Both the position numbers and the translations under genes were made by a program. The notes beneath the pieces were generated by a model. The model searched no databases and had not been told where the DNA came from. It saw nothing but the letters and a program-made list of their open reading frames with translations. From an uncultured Porphyromonadaceae bacterium (lineage in GTDB: Bacteria; Bacteroidota; Bacteroidia; Bacteroidales; Muribaculaceae): a stretch of 53,177 nt of DNA. This document shows, piece after piece, positions 20,650-28,687 of the stretch (position 1 is the stretch's first letter; the number at the start of each line of letters is the position of its first letter). The stretch covers positions 1 through 53,177 of the forward strand of contig UROS01000001.1 in the NCBI GenBank assembly GCA_900549445.1, read 5' to 3'.

Positions 20650-20764
20650 TTCTATGAATTGATGACCGTGCGGCCGGGAGCGCCTTCAACCGGCGTAGGG
20701 GATGGTTAGGTGCGGTTGCCGCCGCGGCTGTTTTGGTTTTCTATATACCTATATTATATATTAA

Positions 20765-21184
20765 TCACTTGTTGGGATCCTCGCAGAGCTCGATCAGAGT
20801 GCCGCAGGTCGACTTGGGGTGAAGGAATGCGATGTTGAGGCCTTCGGCGCCCTTGCGGGGAGCCTTGTCGATGAGGCGCGCACCTTTGCCTTCAACTTCG
20901 GCGAGAGCATTGGCAACGCCGTCCTCAATGGCGAGAGCCACGTGCTGGATGCCGCCGCGGCCGCCGTTGTTGGCTATGAACTTGCAGATGGCGCTTTCGG
21001 GAGCGGTGCCCTCGAGAAGCTCGAGTTTGGTCTGTCCGATTTTGAAGAACGCGGTGCGTACTTTCTGGTCTTCTACGGTTTCAATGGCAAAACATTTAAG
21101 GCCTAACACGTTTTCATAGAACGCGATGGCTTCCTCAAGATTGGGAACTGCTATCCCGATGTGCTCGATATGGGAAATTTCCAT
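20765..21184 (-). CDS. mce: Methylmalonyl-CoA epimerase
   Basis: IEHIGIAV, ELLE, GIQHVA, AFLHPK..G.LIEL (VOC fold); first gene of the mmd operon. Confidence 0.94.
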   Translation of the reverse strand: MEISHIEHIGIAVPNLEEAIAFYENVLGLKCFAIETVEDQKVRTAFFKIGQTKLELLEGTAPESAICKFIANNGGRGGIQHVALAIEDGVANALAEVEGKGARLIDKAPRKGAEGLNIAFLHPKSTCGTLIELCEDPNK

Positions 21185-21295
21185 GATAAATATAAAAAAG
21201 AGTGGTTATTAAGTTAAAATCTTCTCTGTCAGGTGCTCGACAGTGGCATCCGCTGTTCCTGAAGGGTTTCGGGGAAAGCCTACTGAATCGCGTTG

Positions 21296-21303
21296 CAAAT
21301 ATA
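21296..21303 (-). promoter_or_regulatory. Sigma-A -7 element for the mce-mmd operon
   Basis: TATATTTG on the minus strand. Confidence 0.5.
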
Positions 21304-21574
21304 CTCATATTTCGCGGGTTTTCAATCGTTAAAAAGTAAAAAAGATTTACAAACCGGCGAACCTGCAGACGTGTCTGAACGATTCATGTAAGAAATGAAG
21401 TCAGGAACGCGCCTTACCGTCGCCTGCGGTGCGTGCTTTGCCGGTTTCGGCGGCGCAAAACGGTAATTGTGGCAGAGTCTGTCAGCCATAATGGCAGAAA
21501 AACCGCTGCCGTGACGCATCCGCTGTCATGGCAAATCATTTAAAAACAATATTTTATGATGGCCGCAACAATTC

Positions 21575-21589
21575 TGGCATCAGATTTGT
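21575..21589 (+). promoter_or_regulatory. Candidate sigma54-type -24/-12 promoter of dnaK
   Basis: TGGCATCAGATTTGT: GG and G(T) 12 nt apart, as in TGGCAC-N5-TTGC. Confidence 0.45.
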
Positions 21590-21678
21590 TCCTTTTATGG
21601 TAGCCGACGCGGAGGAGCGCCCCCGCTCAGGCATCAGTAATAACGATTAATCAACAACAAAAATAAAAATTCAAGATT

Positions 21679-23586
21679 ATGGGAAAAATTATCGGTATTG
21701 ACCTTGGAACCACCAATTCCTGTGTAGCAGTGCTTGAAGGCAACGACCCTGTCGTTATCCCTAACAGCGAAGGCCGCAACACAACTCCTTCCGTCGTGGC
21801 ATTTGTCGACGGCGGCGAACGTAAAGTGGGCGACCCCGCTAAGCGTCAGGCTATAACCAACCCCAAACGTACCATCTACTCCATCAAACGTTTCATGGGC
21901 GAAACCTACGATCAGGTTGCCAATGAAATAGAGCGCGTGCCTTACAAGGTAGTCCGCGCCGACAACAACACCCCGCGCGTCGACATCGACGGCCGCGAAT
22001 ATACTCCTCAGGAAATCTCCGCAATGATTCTTCAGAAAATGAAGAAGACTGCCGAAGATTACCTCGGACAGGCAGTGACCGAAGCCGTGATCACCGTGCC
22101 TGCTTACTTCAACGACTCCCAGCGTCAGGCAACCAAAGAAGCCGGCGAAATCGCAGGCCTCACCGTAAAGCGTATCGTCAACGAGCCTACAGCCGCAGCT
22201 CTTGCCTACGGCCTCGACAAATCTAACAAAGACCAGAAGATCGCCGTGTTTGACCTCGGCGGCGGTACTTTCGATATTTCTATCCTCGAACTTGGCGACG
22301 GCGTGTTTGAGGTTAAGTCAACCAACGGCGACACCCACCTTGGCGGCGACGATTTCGACCACGTGATCATCGACTGGCTCGCCGACGAATTCCAGAAAGA
22401 GGAAGGCATCGACCTCCGTCAGGATCCTATGGCGCTCCAGCGCCTTAAGGAAGCTGCCGAAAAAGCAAAGATCGAACTTTCGAGCACAACCTCGACCGAG
22501 ATCAACCTCCCCTATATAATGCCGGTCAACGGTATTCCGAAGCACCTTGTGAAGACCCTTACCCGTGCTAAATTCGAACAGCTCGCCGACAAGCTCATTC
22601 AGGCAACCGTAAAACCCTGCGAACAGGCTCTTAAGGATGCCGGCATGACCGCATCCGATATCGACGAGGTTATCCTCGTGGGCGGTTCAACCCGTATCCC
22701 GGCAATCCAGCAGGTTGTGGAGAAATTCTTCGGCAAGGCTCCCTCGAAGGGCGTTAACCCTGACGAAGTAGTGGCCGTCGGCGCAGCAATTCAGGGCGGT
22801 GTGCTCTCCGGCGATGTTAAGGACGTGCTTCTTCTCGACGTTGTGCCCCTCTCGGTAGGTATCGAGACCCTCGGCGGCGTGATGACCAAACTTATCGAAG
22901 CCAACACCACCATTCCTGTACGTAAGAGCGAGACATTCTCCACCGCTGCCGACAACCAGCCTTCGGTTGAGATCCACGTGCTCCAGGGCGAGCGCCCCAT
23001 GGCGAAAGACGACAAGACCCTCGGCAAGTTCCATCTCGACGGCATCGCTCCCGCCCCCCGCGGCATACCTCAGATTGAGGTGACCTTCGAGATCGACGCC
23101 AACGGTATCCTCAACGTGTCGGCGAAAGATAAAGCCACCGGCAAGGAGCAGAGCATCCGAATCGAGGCCTCCAGCGGTCTTACCGACGCCGAAATCAGAC
23201 GTATGAAAGATGAGGCAGCCGCCAATGCAGCCGCCGACGCCAAGGAAAAAGAGCGTATCGACAAACTCAACCAGGCCGATACCATCATCTTCCAGACCGA
23301 AAAGCAGCTCCAGGAGCTCGGCGACAAGATTCCCGCCGACAAGAAAGCCGCTATCGAAAACGCTCTCAACCGTCTCCGCGAGGCCCACAAGGCTCAGGAC
23401 ATCGCCGGTATCGACAGCGCGATCGACGAAATCCAGAAGACCTTCGGCGCAGCTCAGCAGGACATCCTCAATGCCCAGCAGCAGGCAGGTGCTCAGAGCG
23501 GTGCTCAGGCTGGCCCTCAGCCCGGTGCCCAGCAGCCCGGTCCCGATGACCACGTAACCGACGTAGACTTTGAGGAAGTGAAATAA
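21679..23586 (+). CDS. dnaK: Molecular chaperone DnaK (Hsp70)
   Basis: [45 protein letters not shown]. Confidence 0.99.
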   Translation: MGKIIGIDLGTTNSCVAVLEGNDPVVIPNSEGRNTTPSVVAFVDGGERKVGDPAKRQAITNPKRTIYSIKRFMGETYDQVANEIERVPYKVVRADNNTPRVDIDGREYTPQEISAMILQKMKKTAEDYLGQAVTEAVITVPAYFNDSQRQATKEAGEIAGLTVKRIVNEPTAAALAYGLDKSNKDQKIAVFDLGGGTFDISILELGDGVFEVKSTNGDTHLGGDDFDHVIIDWLADEFQKEEGIDLRQDPMALQRLKEAAEKAKIELSSTTSTEINLPYIMPVNGIPKHLVKTLTRAKFEQLADKLIQATVKPCEQALKDAGMTASDIDEVILVGGSTRIPAIQQVVEKFFGKAPSKGVNPDEVVAVGAAIQGGVLSGDVKDVLLLDVVPLSVGIETLGGVMTKLIEANTTIPVRKSETFSTAADNQPSVEIHVLQGERPMAKDDKTLGKFHLDGIAPAPRGIPQIEVTFEIDANGILNVSAKDKATGKEQSIRIEASSGLTDAEIRRMKDEAAANAAADAKEKERIDKLNQADTIIFQTEKQLQELGDKIPADKKAAIENALNRLREAHKAQDIAGIDSAIDEIQKTFGAAQQDILNAQQQAGAQSGAQAGPQPGAQQPGPDDHVTDVDFEEVK

Positions 23587-23606
23587 ACTTCCTAATCAGC
23601 GATAAC

Positions 23607-23646
23607 GAAAAGGAGTGCAGTTTTCAATGAACTGCACTCCTTTTTA
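23607..23646 (+). terminator. Intrinsic terminator after dnaK
   Basis: AAAAGGAGTGCAGTT...AACTGCACTCCTTTTT. Confidence 0.9.
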
Positions 23647-23827
23647 TTTAGCGCAAAAAATGCCGGAATATAAAATTTATTATCATCATCTAAAGTTTTG
23701 CGGACAGAAATAAAAGTTTTTATAAATTTGCGGTAGGTTCAATTGCCATCGGCATAACTAACCGTTTTTGGTCAACATCCGCTACAAACGTATATATAAA
23801 GAGTAGCGTTTAATAAACTGCAACAAA

Positions 23828-24229
23828 ATGGATAAAAAAGCAATAAAAGCGAGAGAAGACGAAATAGTCCGGATGGTGGTGAACTTCTGCAATGAGAAGA
23901 TTGATTCTGAATATGCGTCGCTTTGTGAGAAGATGGTGCGGAAACTTGGGCGTAAGAGAACGAATCCTCTTGAGCGGGGGAGGCTGGAAATATGGGCTGC
24001 CGCGGTAATATATACTATCGCAACAATGAATTTTCTGTTCGACAAGTCATTTGAACCTTATTTATCATCGTCCGAGATATATGGCCATTTCGGTACTTCT
24101 TCTTCAACAATCTCTCAGAAAGCCGGGCAAATACGCACGATGCTTAAATTAAAACCTTATTGGGATCCGGACTTTTCAACAATGCGAATGATTGCGAATA
24201 ATCCTCTTAACATACTGTTCTCATTGTAA
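23828..24229 (+). CDS. DUF6398-like helical/HTH protein
   Basis: EYASLCEKM..KLGRKR..PL.RGR.EIWAAA..Y....NFLFDKS.EP...HFG.S.STIS.KA; upstream TAAATTTG at 23723-23730. Confidence 0.7.
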   Translation: MDKKAIKAREDEIVRMVVNFCNEKIDSEYASLCEKMVRKLGRKRTNPLERGRLEIWAAAVIYTIATMNFLFDKSFEPYLSSSEIYGHFGTSSSTISQKAGQIRTMLKLKPYWDPDFSTMRMIANNPLNILFSL

Positions 24230-24245
24230 ATCAATATCTTTAGCA

Positions 24246-25172
24246 ATGTCAACTGTAATTTTTAAATGGAATCCGGCATTTTCGTCCTATACAATGATGT
24301 CATTTCTTCGCGATCTTTCCTATTGTAAAGACGAAGATGCAGAATACGTCAGATTCAACTGGAGTGTCTGGGATTATGATAAGATTGGTGAGGGCGACGA
24401 GTTCTACTGGGTCAAAGTCGGACTCGGGCAGACCGGAATCGTGGGTCACGGCCGGATTACGTCCGGACCATACGAAGGAAAGGACTGGTCGGGCAAAGGC
24501 CGCAGGATGTTCTATGTCGATTTCGTGCCCGACGTACTGATAAATCCCGACGCTTTGCCTCTGCTCGGTTGTCGTCAGCTGTCAGCAGCGATTCCTGATT
24601 TCGAATGCGACAAAGGACATTCGGGTCTTGTGCTGAAAGGTTGTCAGGCAGAAACGCTTGGGTGTCTATGGTCTGACTATCTTGAGTTGAACAAGAAAGA
24701 TTTTCTCTGGAAAGCGCTGAAAGACAACGATTATCTTTTTATGGAACGTGGCCTGGAGGAAATCGCCCTCGAAATAGCGGAGAGAGCGCACCGTGGACAA
24801 AAAGATAAAGCCGGCAAAGAATATATCGAACATCCTAAGAGGGTGGCAGACAAATGCGATGCAGCAGAAGAGCGTATAGTGGCGTTGCTCCACGACACCA
24901 TTGAGGACACGGATGTGACGCCTGAATTTCTGACAGAAAACGGTTTCCCAGAGGATATCATCGACTCCGTTCTTTCCGTTACCAGGCGCGAAGGCGAGAG
25001 CTACGAGGACTTTGTCAGGCGCGCCGGGCAGAACCCGGTCGGGCGTCAGGTCAAGCTTCACGACCTCGAAGACAATATGGATATCATGCGACTGGATTCA
25101 CTCTCCGACAAAGACATCGAACGCCTTAACCGATACATGCGGGCATATCGCTATCTTTCGTCATTGCCGTAG
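24246..25172 (+). CDS. Fusion of an EVE/PUA-like N-terminal domain and a Mesh1/SpoT-like HD hydrolase domain
   Basis: N-terminal IFKWNP...WS.....IGEGD.FYWVK.G...GIVG.G; C-terminal AH.GQ.DKAG..YI.HP..VA, ALLHDTIEDT, VKL.DL.DN; start moved to ATG 24246. Confidence 0.75.
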   Translation: MSTVIFKWNPAFSSYTMMSFLRDLSYCKDEDAEYVRFNWSVWDYDKIGEGDEFYWVKVGLGQTGIVGHGRITSGPYEGKDWSGKGRRMFYVDFVPDVLINPDALPLLGCRQLSAAIPDFECDKGHSGLVLKGCQAETLGCLWSDYLELNKKDFLWKALKDNDYLFMERGLEEIALEIAERAHRGQKDKAGKEYIEHPKRVADKCDAAEERIVALLHDTIEDTDVTPEFLTENGFPEDIIDSVLSVTRREGESYEDFVRRAGQNPVGRQVKLHDLEDNMDIMRLDSLSDKDIERLNRYMRAYRYLSSLP

Positions 25173-25375
25173 TCTGTAGATGTATAATCCACAAATTGAG
25201 ATGTGCGAAAAAGGAACTATCAAAAAAATCAGTTCCAAAGTTATTTGATTTAATTACAGTAAGATACAATTTTAGGGCATTTCTCCTTTATTCAAACATG
25301 GCGGAAATGACAGTTCTAAGATTATATTGCAGTGTGTCAGTTTTTTAGCTCTGATTTTTATTCCATCGAATTCCT

Positions 25376-25411
25376 AAAAGCGGAAACGCGCAAAACGAAA
25401 CGTGCGAAAAA
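25376..25411 (+). repeat. Left subterminal motifs AAAAGCGGAAA and CAAAACGAAACGTGCGAAAAA
   Basis: The second motif is 17/21 identical to 25192-25212 and its core recurs at 29155-29168 and inverted at 29563-29577; the first is the reverse complement of TTTCCGCTTTT found three times near the right end. Confidence 0.8.
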
Positions 25412-25456
25412 TTCGACACTATTCCATTTGGAAAATTCGACTTTTTGACCAATTCT

Positions 25457-25610
25457 AAAAAGTCAGAGGAACGGTAATAACCGCTCCTCTTTATGCCGCT
25501 AAGCTTGAAGTTATCGCGCCCCCTCGCGGACTTTATAAAACCATGTTGCACCGGGAAACATCATGGAGTAACACACAAGCGACGGTGGAGTTCCCTCGCT
25601 TCACGGGTCT
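25457..25610 (-). ncRNA. Candidate ~150-nt small RNA
   Basis: Full promoter (TTTG 25645-25642, 20-nt spacer, TAATTTTG 25621-25614), internal stems and terminator GAGGAGCGGT-TATT-ACCGTTCCTC-TGAC-TTTTT; no convincing ORF. Confidence 0.5.
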
Positions 25611-25665
25611 TTGCAAAATTACTGAACAATTGCCCAATAAGCAAATAATAAGGCATCCTTTTAGT

Positions 25666-25709
25666 GAAAAATAGACGGCGTGAGGTTCATTATACTTACT
25701 CACGCCGTC
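25666..25709 (-). terminator. Terminator of the capsid operon
   Basis: Perfect 11-bp stem GACGGCGTGAG/CTCACGCCGTC (25674-25709) followed on the minus strand by TATTTTTC. Confidence 0.7.
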
Positions 25710-25794
25710 AATCCGCAAATAGGCTCAAAACAAAAGCACTCCGGGCGACTCTTAGGACTCAAACGCCAGTTCGCCATTCCCGGGTGCTTGTATA

Positions 25795-25980
25795 TCATAT
25801 AAACACACTGCGTTTCAAATAATTGTATAACGTTCGCTCCGCTATGCCGAACTGAGGATATATGTAACGCCGCCAAATGTCGCGGTTACTTATGCCGCTT
25901 TTTATGTGTCGGTCATATACCTCATTCACTGCTTTTACTCTCGCGGCATAGGAATTGCCTTTGGGTATGGTTTTCGGCAT
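25795..25980 (-). CDS. Small phage-type HTH DNA-binding protein (61 aa)
   Basis: SGISNRDIWRRYIYPQFGIAERTLYNYL is an HTH-like pattern of small proteins in Bacteroidales prophages; same strand as and immediately downstream of the capsid gene. Confidence 0.7.
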   Translation of the reverse strand: MPKTIPKGNSYAARVKAVNEVYDRHIKSGISNRDIWRRYIYPQFGIAERTLYNYLKRSVFI

Positions 25981-26017
25981 AGTGGAACAATGGTCTTATT
26001 GATTAGCATTATTGCGT

Positions 26018-26899
26018 TTATGCACTCTTTTCGGCACTGACAATCGCGCCTATGCCCTTGCCACGGATAGGCAGCACAATGGAACGTTTGTCAAAGCCTA
26101 CGATAGTAGCGCGTTCTTTCGGGTCATCATAGGTGGCGTACATATGCATTTCGCCGTCAGCCTTGAACACCTCATCGGCGTAAAATGCCACGCTTGCAAA
26201 GCGTGTGGTTGCGTCTGCCGAATATGCGACCTTTACCAGTGCGCCGGCCTTATCAGTCGTATATGTCGGCATTGTCGAACACGAGAAACAGCCGAACCCG
26301 GCAAACTTTGTCGGCTCGCCATCGGTGATGTTGGTCAAGTCCTTGAAAATTTTCAAATCCTCAAGCAACAGGTCGGAAACGTGTTTCGGGTGCAATACCA
26401 GATAACGGCAATCCATCGGAATGTCTGCATCATCGAAACGCTCCTTGAGCGCGAGTATGTCGGCGAAAGTAAGACGGTGACGGTTGCCGACAACTTCCCC
26501 GGTGGTGACTACAAGCGGCGTGTCGAACGTGTCGGACTGAGGTGCAATGGCGTGTGCCGCTTTCATCGTCACGGCCTTGCGTAATGTACTGCGGTGCTGA
26601 CGGATAACGCTTTCAAGTTTGTCGTAGCTGTACTCGATAGCGTCCGGGCGGCGTACTATTGTATTTTCAGTCTCGAACTTGTCAAGAGTGATTTCGTTGT
26701 CATCGTCTTCGCGTCCGACAACTGTAATAGGGTATGTAGTGTTGTTAATCAACACTTTGGGGTCAATACCTGCCGCAGCAATGTGTATCTTGTTGTTTTC
26801 CACAAAGCCATCATAGTTCACAAGTTTCTGCAAGAAACTGTCATTGGGATAAAATCCCTCCTTGATTTGGTTTAACCAAACCTCTTTGTTCAGTGCCAT
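26018..26899 (-). CDS. Phage major capsid protein (HK97-type fold, Bacteroidetes Mu-like style)
   Basis: MALNKEVW...GIDPKVLINN.TYPI...LDKFETENT...YDKLESV...D...IP...RYLVL.P.H..DLL...K.AGF; 293 aa; starts 2 nt after the protease stop. Confidence 0.8.
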   Translation of the reverse strand: MALNKEVWLNQIKEGFYPNDSFLQKLVNYDGFVENNKIHIAAAGIDPKVLINNTTYPITVVGREDDDNEITLDKFETENTIVRRPDAIEYSYDKLESVIRQHRSTLRKAVTMKAAHAIAPQSDTFDTPLVVTTGEVVGNRHRLTFADILALKERFDDADIPMDCRYLVLHPKHVSDLLLEDLKIFKDLTNITDGEPTKFAGFGCFSCSTMPTYTTDKAGALVKVAYSADATTRFASVAFYADEVFKADGEMHMYATYDDPKERATIVGFDKRSIVLPIRGKGIGAIVSAEKSA

Positions 26900-26901
26900 G
26901 T

Positions 26902-27981
26902 TTATTTGCGTTTTTGTTCGTTTTCAATAAGTTGTATATATAAATCTGGGTGCGCGGCCAAATAGTCCGGCTCGTTCCGGCGGTAGTAGTCCAAATCTTT
27001 TACCACTGCGCCGCGTCCGCGTTCCTGCTCGACCAACCGCTTGTAAAGTGTCGGATTGTCGCGGAGTTCGTCCGGGGCATATTTGCGGTACATTTCAAGC
27101 GTCCAACGGCTTTTGTCATCCGGCAGATTGATAACCTCCGAAATTCTTGCCGGGCCGTGCATGGAGTCCAGAACACCGCGAAGGACCTCGGCACCGAGAC
27201 GCTCGCCGATATGTCGGAACGTGGCGCGCTCCATCGGCATTACTTTGTTTTGGTTTTTATCCAATAGCCTTTCTATTTCAGCCTTTTGAGACTCTCTGCG
27301 GCCTTTGCAATAACCGCGAAAAGCCTTTATGTTTCCTTTGGCCATAGCCATGAAACTTTTACGGTCTGACGCTGATAAAAGGCCGTTGTTGATTGCTTCC
27401 TCGACTTCCTTTTCAACGCTTGACGGCTCGTTTAACAGTGTTTTGATATGTTCGATAATGTCTTTGTCCGTCACTGTCTCCGGAAGCCCTAAAATGTCAA
27501 TTATGCGCGTTCTGAGTGTGTTGTCTGCATTGCCCTTGTTAGGCTCATCCTTTTGCAGTTCGGACAGCGTTCTAACAGGCTTCCAACCCTTTTTGAACAG
27601 TCTGACGGCGTTCTCGTTTGCCGGAACGTCAACGATTGATATTTCAATCAAGTCACATTCCACGATTGTCTGCACACCGTTGATTGTCTCGCATTTGCAG
27701 TTCTCAATGCCTATGGATGCACTGCGGATGAAACCGCTTTCGACCTGATGCTTGACTTTTGCCCCCAGTTCCGTGGCATCGTCAAAAATAGCCTCGGCGG
27801 TCAGTTTGTCGCCCTCCTTGGTGATGTTCTCCCAGCGGCCTATAACGCCTTTGTTTCGGTCGTGCATATAAAGCATTATCGGGTTGCGCTGAAACCGGGC
27901 AATGTTAATGCCGGAAGTGAGAACAACGCTTCCGTAGCTGTTAAGTGTCTCGTCTGACACTGTGAATCTGATGTTTGCCAT
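26902..27981 (-). CDS. HK97-family prohead maturation protease fused to a scaffold region
   Basis: SDETLNSYG, NPIMLYMH (His), IGRW, GFIRSASIG (Ser), L.EISIVDVPANENA; helical C-terminal scaffold. Confidence 0.88.
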   Translation of the reverse strand: MANIRFTVSDETLNSYGSVVLTSGINIARFQRNPIMLYMHDRNKGVIGRWENITKEGDKLTAEAIFDDATELGAKVKHQVESGFIRSASIGIENCKCETINGVQTIVECDLIEISIVDVPANENAVRLFKKGWKPVRTLSELQKDEPNKGNADNTLRTRIIDILGLPETVTDKDIIEHIKTLLNEPSSVEKEVEEAINNGLLSASDRKSFMAMAKGNIKAFRGYCKGRRESQKAEIERLLDKNQNKVMPMERATFRHIGERLGAEVLRGVLDSMHGPARISEVINLPDDKSRWTLEMYRKYAPDELRDNPTLYKRLVEQERGRGAVVKDLDYYRRNEPDYLAAHPDLYIQLIENEQKRK

Positions 27982-28039
27982 ATTTTGCGGTTGTTAATGT
28001 TTGGTGGCTCAAAATTATATCCATCCTTTGAAACCGCCT

Positions 28040-28089
28040 AAAAAGTGTGCAACGGTTGCATACTTCTATGCAATGATTGCACACTTTTT
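28040..28089. promoter_or_regulatory. 50-bp nested palindrome (operator/activator site) upstream of the protease-capsid operon
   Basis: AAAAAGTGTGCAA-CGG-TTGCATA-CTTC-TATGCAA-TGA-TTGCACACTTTTT; contains two TGCAAnnnTTGCA dyads. Confidence 0.75.
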
Positions 28090-28165
28090 GTGTGAAAGCG
28101 TTGCAGACTTATTATTTCTGCCCTCGAAATTTTGGTATTTCGGAATAATTTAGTAATTTCGCATA

Positions 28166-28332
28166 TCCTAAAAATCAAAAGTTATGAACCCCTTAGACAA
28201 ATTCCCTAAAAAGATATTTGCGGCCTATGGTGCGGAGCGCGGAAACGCCCCGGCGCTTGTTAACTTTTGATAGCGTAGGACACCTAAGGGCTGCATTTTT
28301 ATTTAATCTCCTAAAAATCAAAAGTTATGAAC
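28166..28332 (+). repeat. Perfect 24-bp direct repeat with an intervening antisense copy
   Basis: TCCTAAAAATCAAAAGTTATGAAC at 28166-28189 and 28309-28332; complementary TAACTTTTGAT..TAGGA at 28261-28280. Confidence 0.9.
28219..28295 (+). ncRNA. C4/CI-like antisense RNA
   Basis: Closing stem TGCGGCCT.TGGTG / CACC.AAGGGCTGCA, inner GCG-GAAA-CGC GNRA hairpin, and a segment complementary to both flanking repeats, the second of which overlaps the start codon of ORF 28327. Confidence 0.65.
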
Positions 28333-28611
28333 TCTGTTTATGACAATGAGGTAGCAGTTGCACAAAACGCCGACCGCTACAATCTCGACGACCTGCTAAA
28401 AGTAATAGTCGTGTGGAACGATCCCGAAGAGGTACGCAAAGACCTCCAGACAATCTACTTCCACGCAACCGAAGCACTTTTCGGCAATGACGGCGCAACA
28501 AGCCTTACCGACGAACTCCACTACGCTTTCATCACAATGCGCAAACTCATTGAAGCATTGGCAACAGCCAACGACACAAAAGCCGCAAAGTTGTCGGTAA
28601 CAATCATATAA
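28327..28611 (+). CDS. Hypothetical 94-aa protein under putative antisense control
   Basis: ATG embedded in the second 24-bp repeat; followed by a terminator. Confidence 0.7.
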   Translation: MNSVYDNEVAVAQNADRYNLDDLLKVIVVWNDPEEVRKDLQTIYFHATEALFGNDGATSLTDELHYAFITMRKLIEALATANDTKAAKLSVTII

Positions 28612-28631
28612 GCATATTCTCACTTATCCAG

Positions 28632-28669
28632 AAACCGCCCGGCGAAACGTCTCACCACCGGGCGGTTTT
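28632..28669 (+). terminator. Intrinsic terminator
   Basis: AAACCGCCCGG...CCGGGCGGTTTT. Confidence 0.8.
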
Positions 28670-28687
28670 ATTCCCAAATATTACGAA

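Noticed and set aside
19114..20709. 531-aa plus-strand ORF (likewise 11182-11931, 16445-17125, 18113-18883, 22687-23553, 37353-38024, 41690-42418, 44521-45477)
   Set aside because: All lie antisense to well-supported genes and have no recognisable domains.
16454..21184. mce-mmd operon with lamin-tail-containing subunit
   Set aside because: Standard Bacteroidales succinate-to-propionate pathway arrangement; not novel.
23475..23545. Short imperfect repeats at the 3' end of dnaK
   Set aside because: They encode the usual low-complexity QAGAQ/QPG tail of DnaK.
25491..25520. Minus-strand frame GAITSSLAA-stop resembling a tmRNA tag
   Set aside because: No tRNA-like domain or resume-context sequence is visible, and the unit is too short; probably chance.
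25345..25718. Small ORFs 25345-25551 and 25533-25718
   Set aside because: Non-ATG starts, and they cross terminators and promoter elements; better explained as non-coding.
26018..27981. Encapsulin or gene transfer agent interpretation of the capsid genes
   Set aside because: No cargo enzyme, and a phage-type maturation protease is present; no portal, terminase or tail as in a GTA; mobile-element ends and a C4-like RNA favour a satellite.
28166..28332. 24-bp repeats as a mini-CRISPR
   Set aside because: Only two copies 143 bp apart, with a structured antisense-containing interval and no cas genes.
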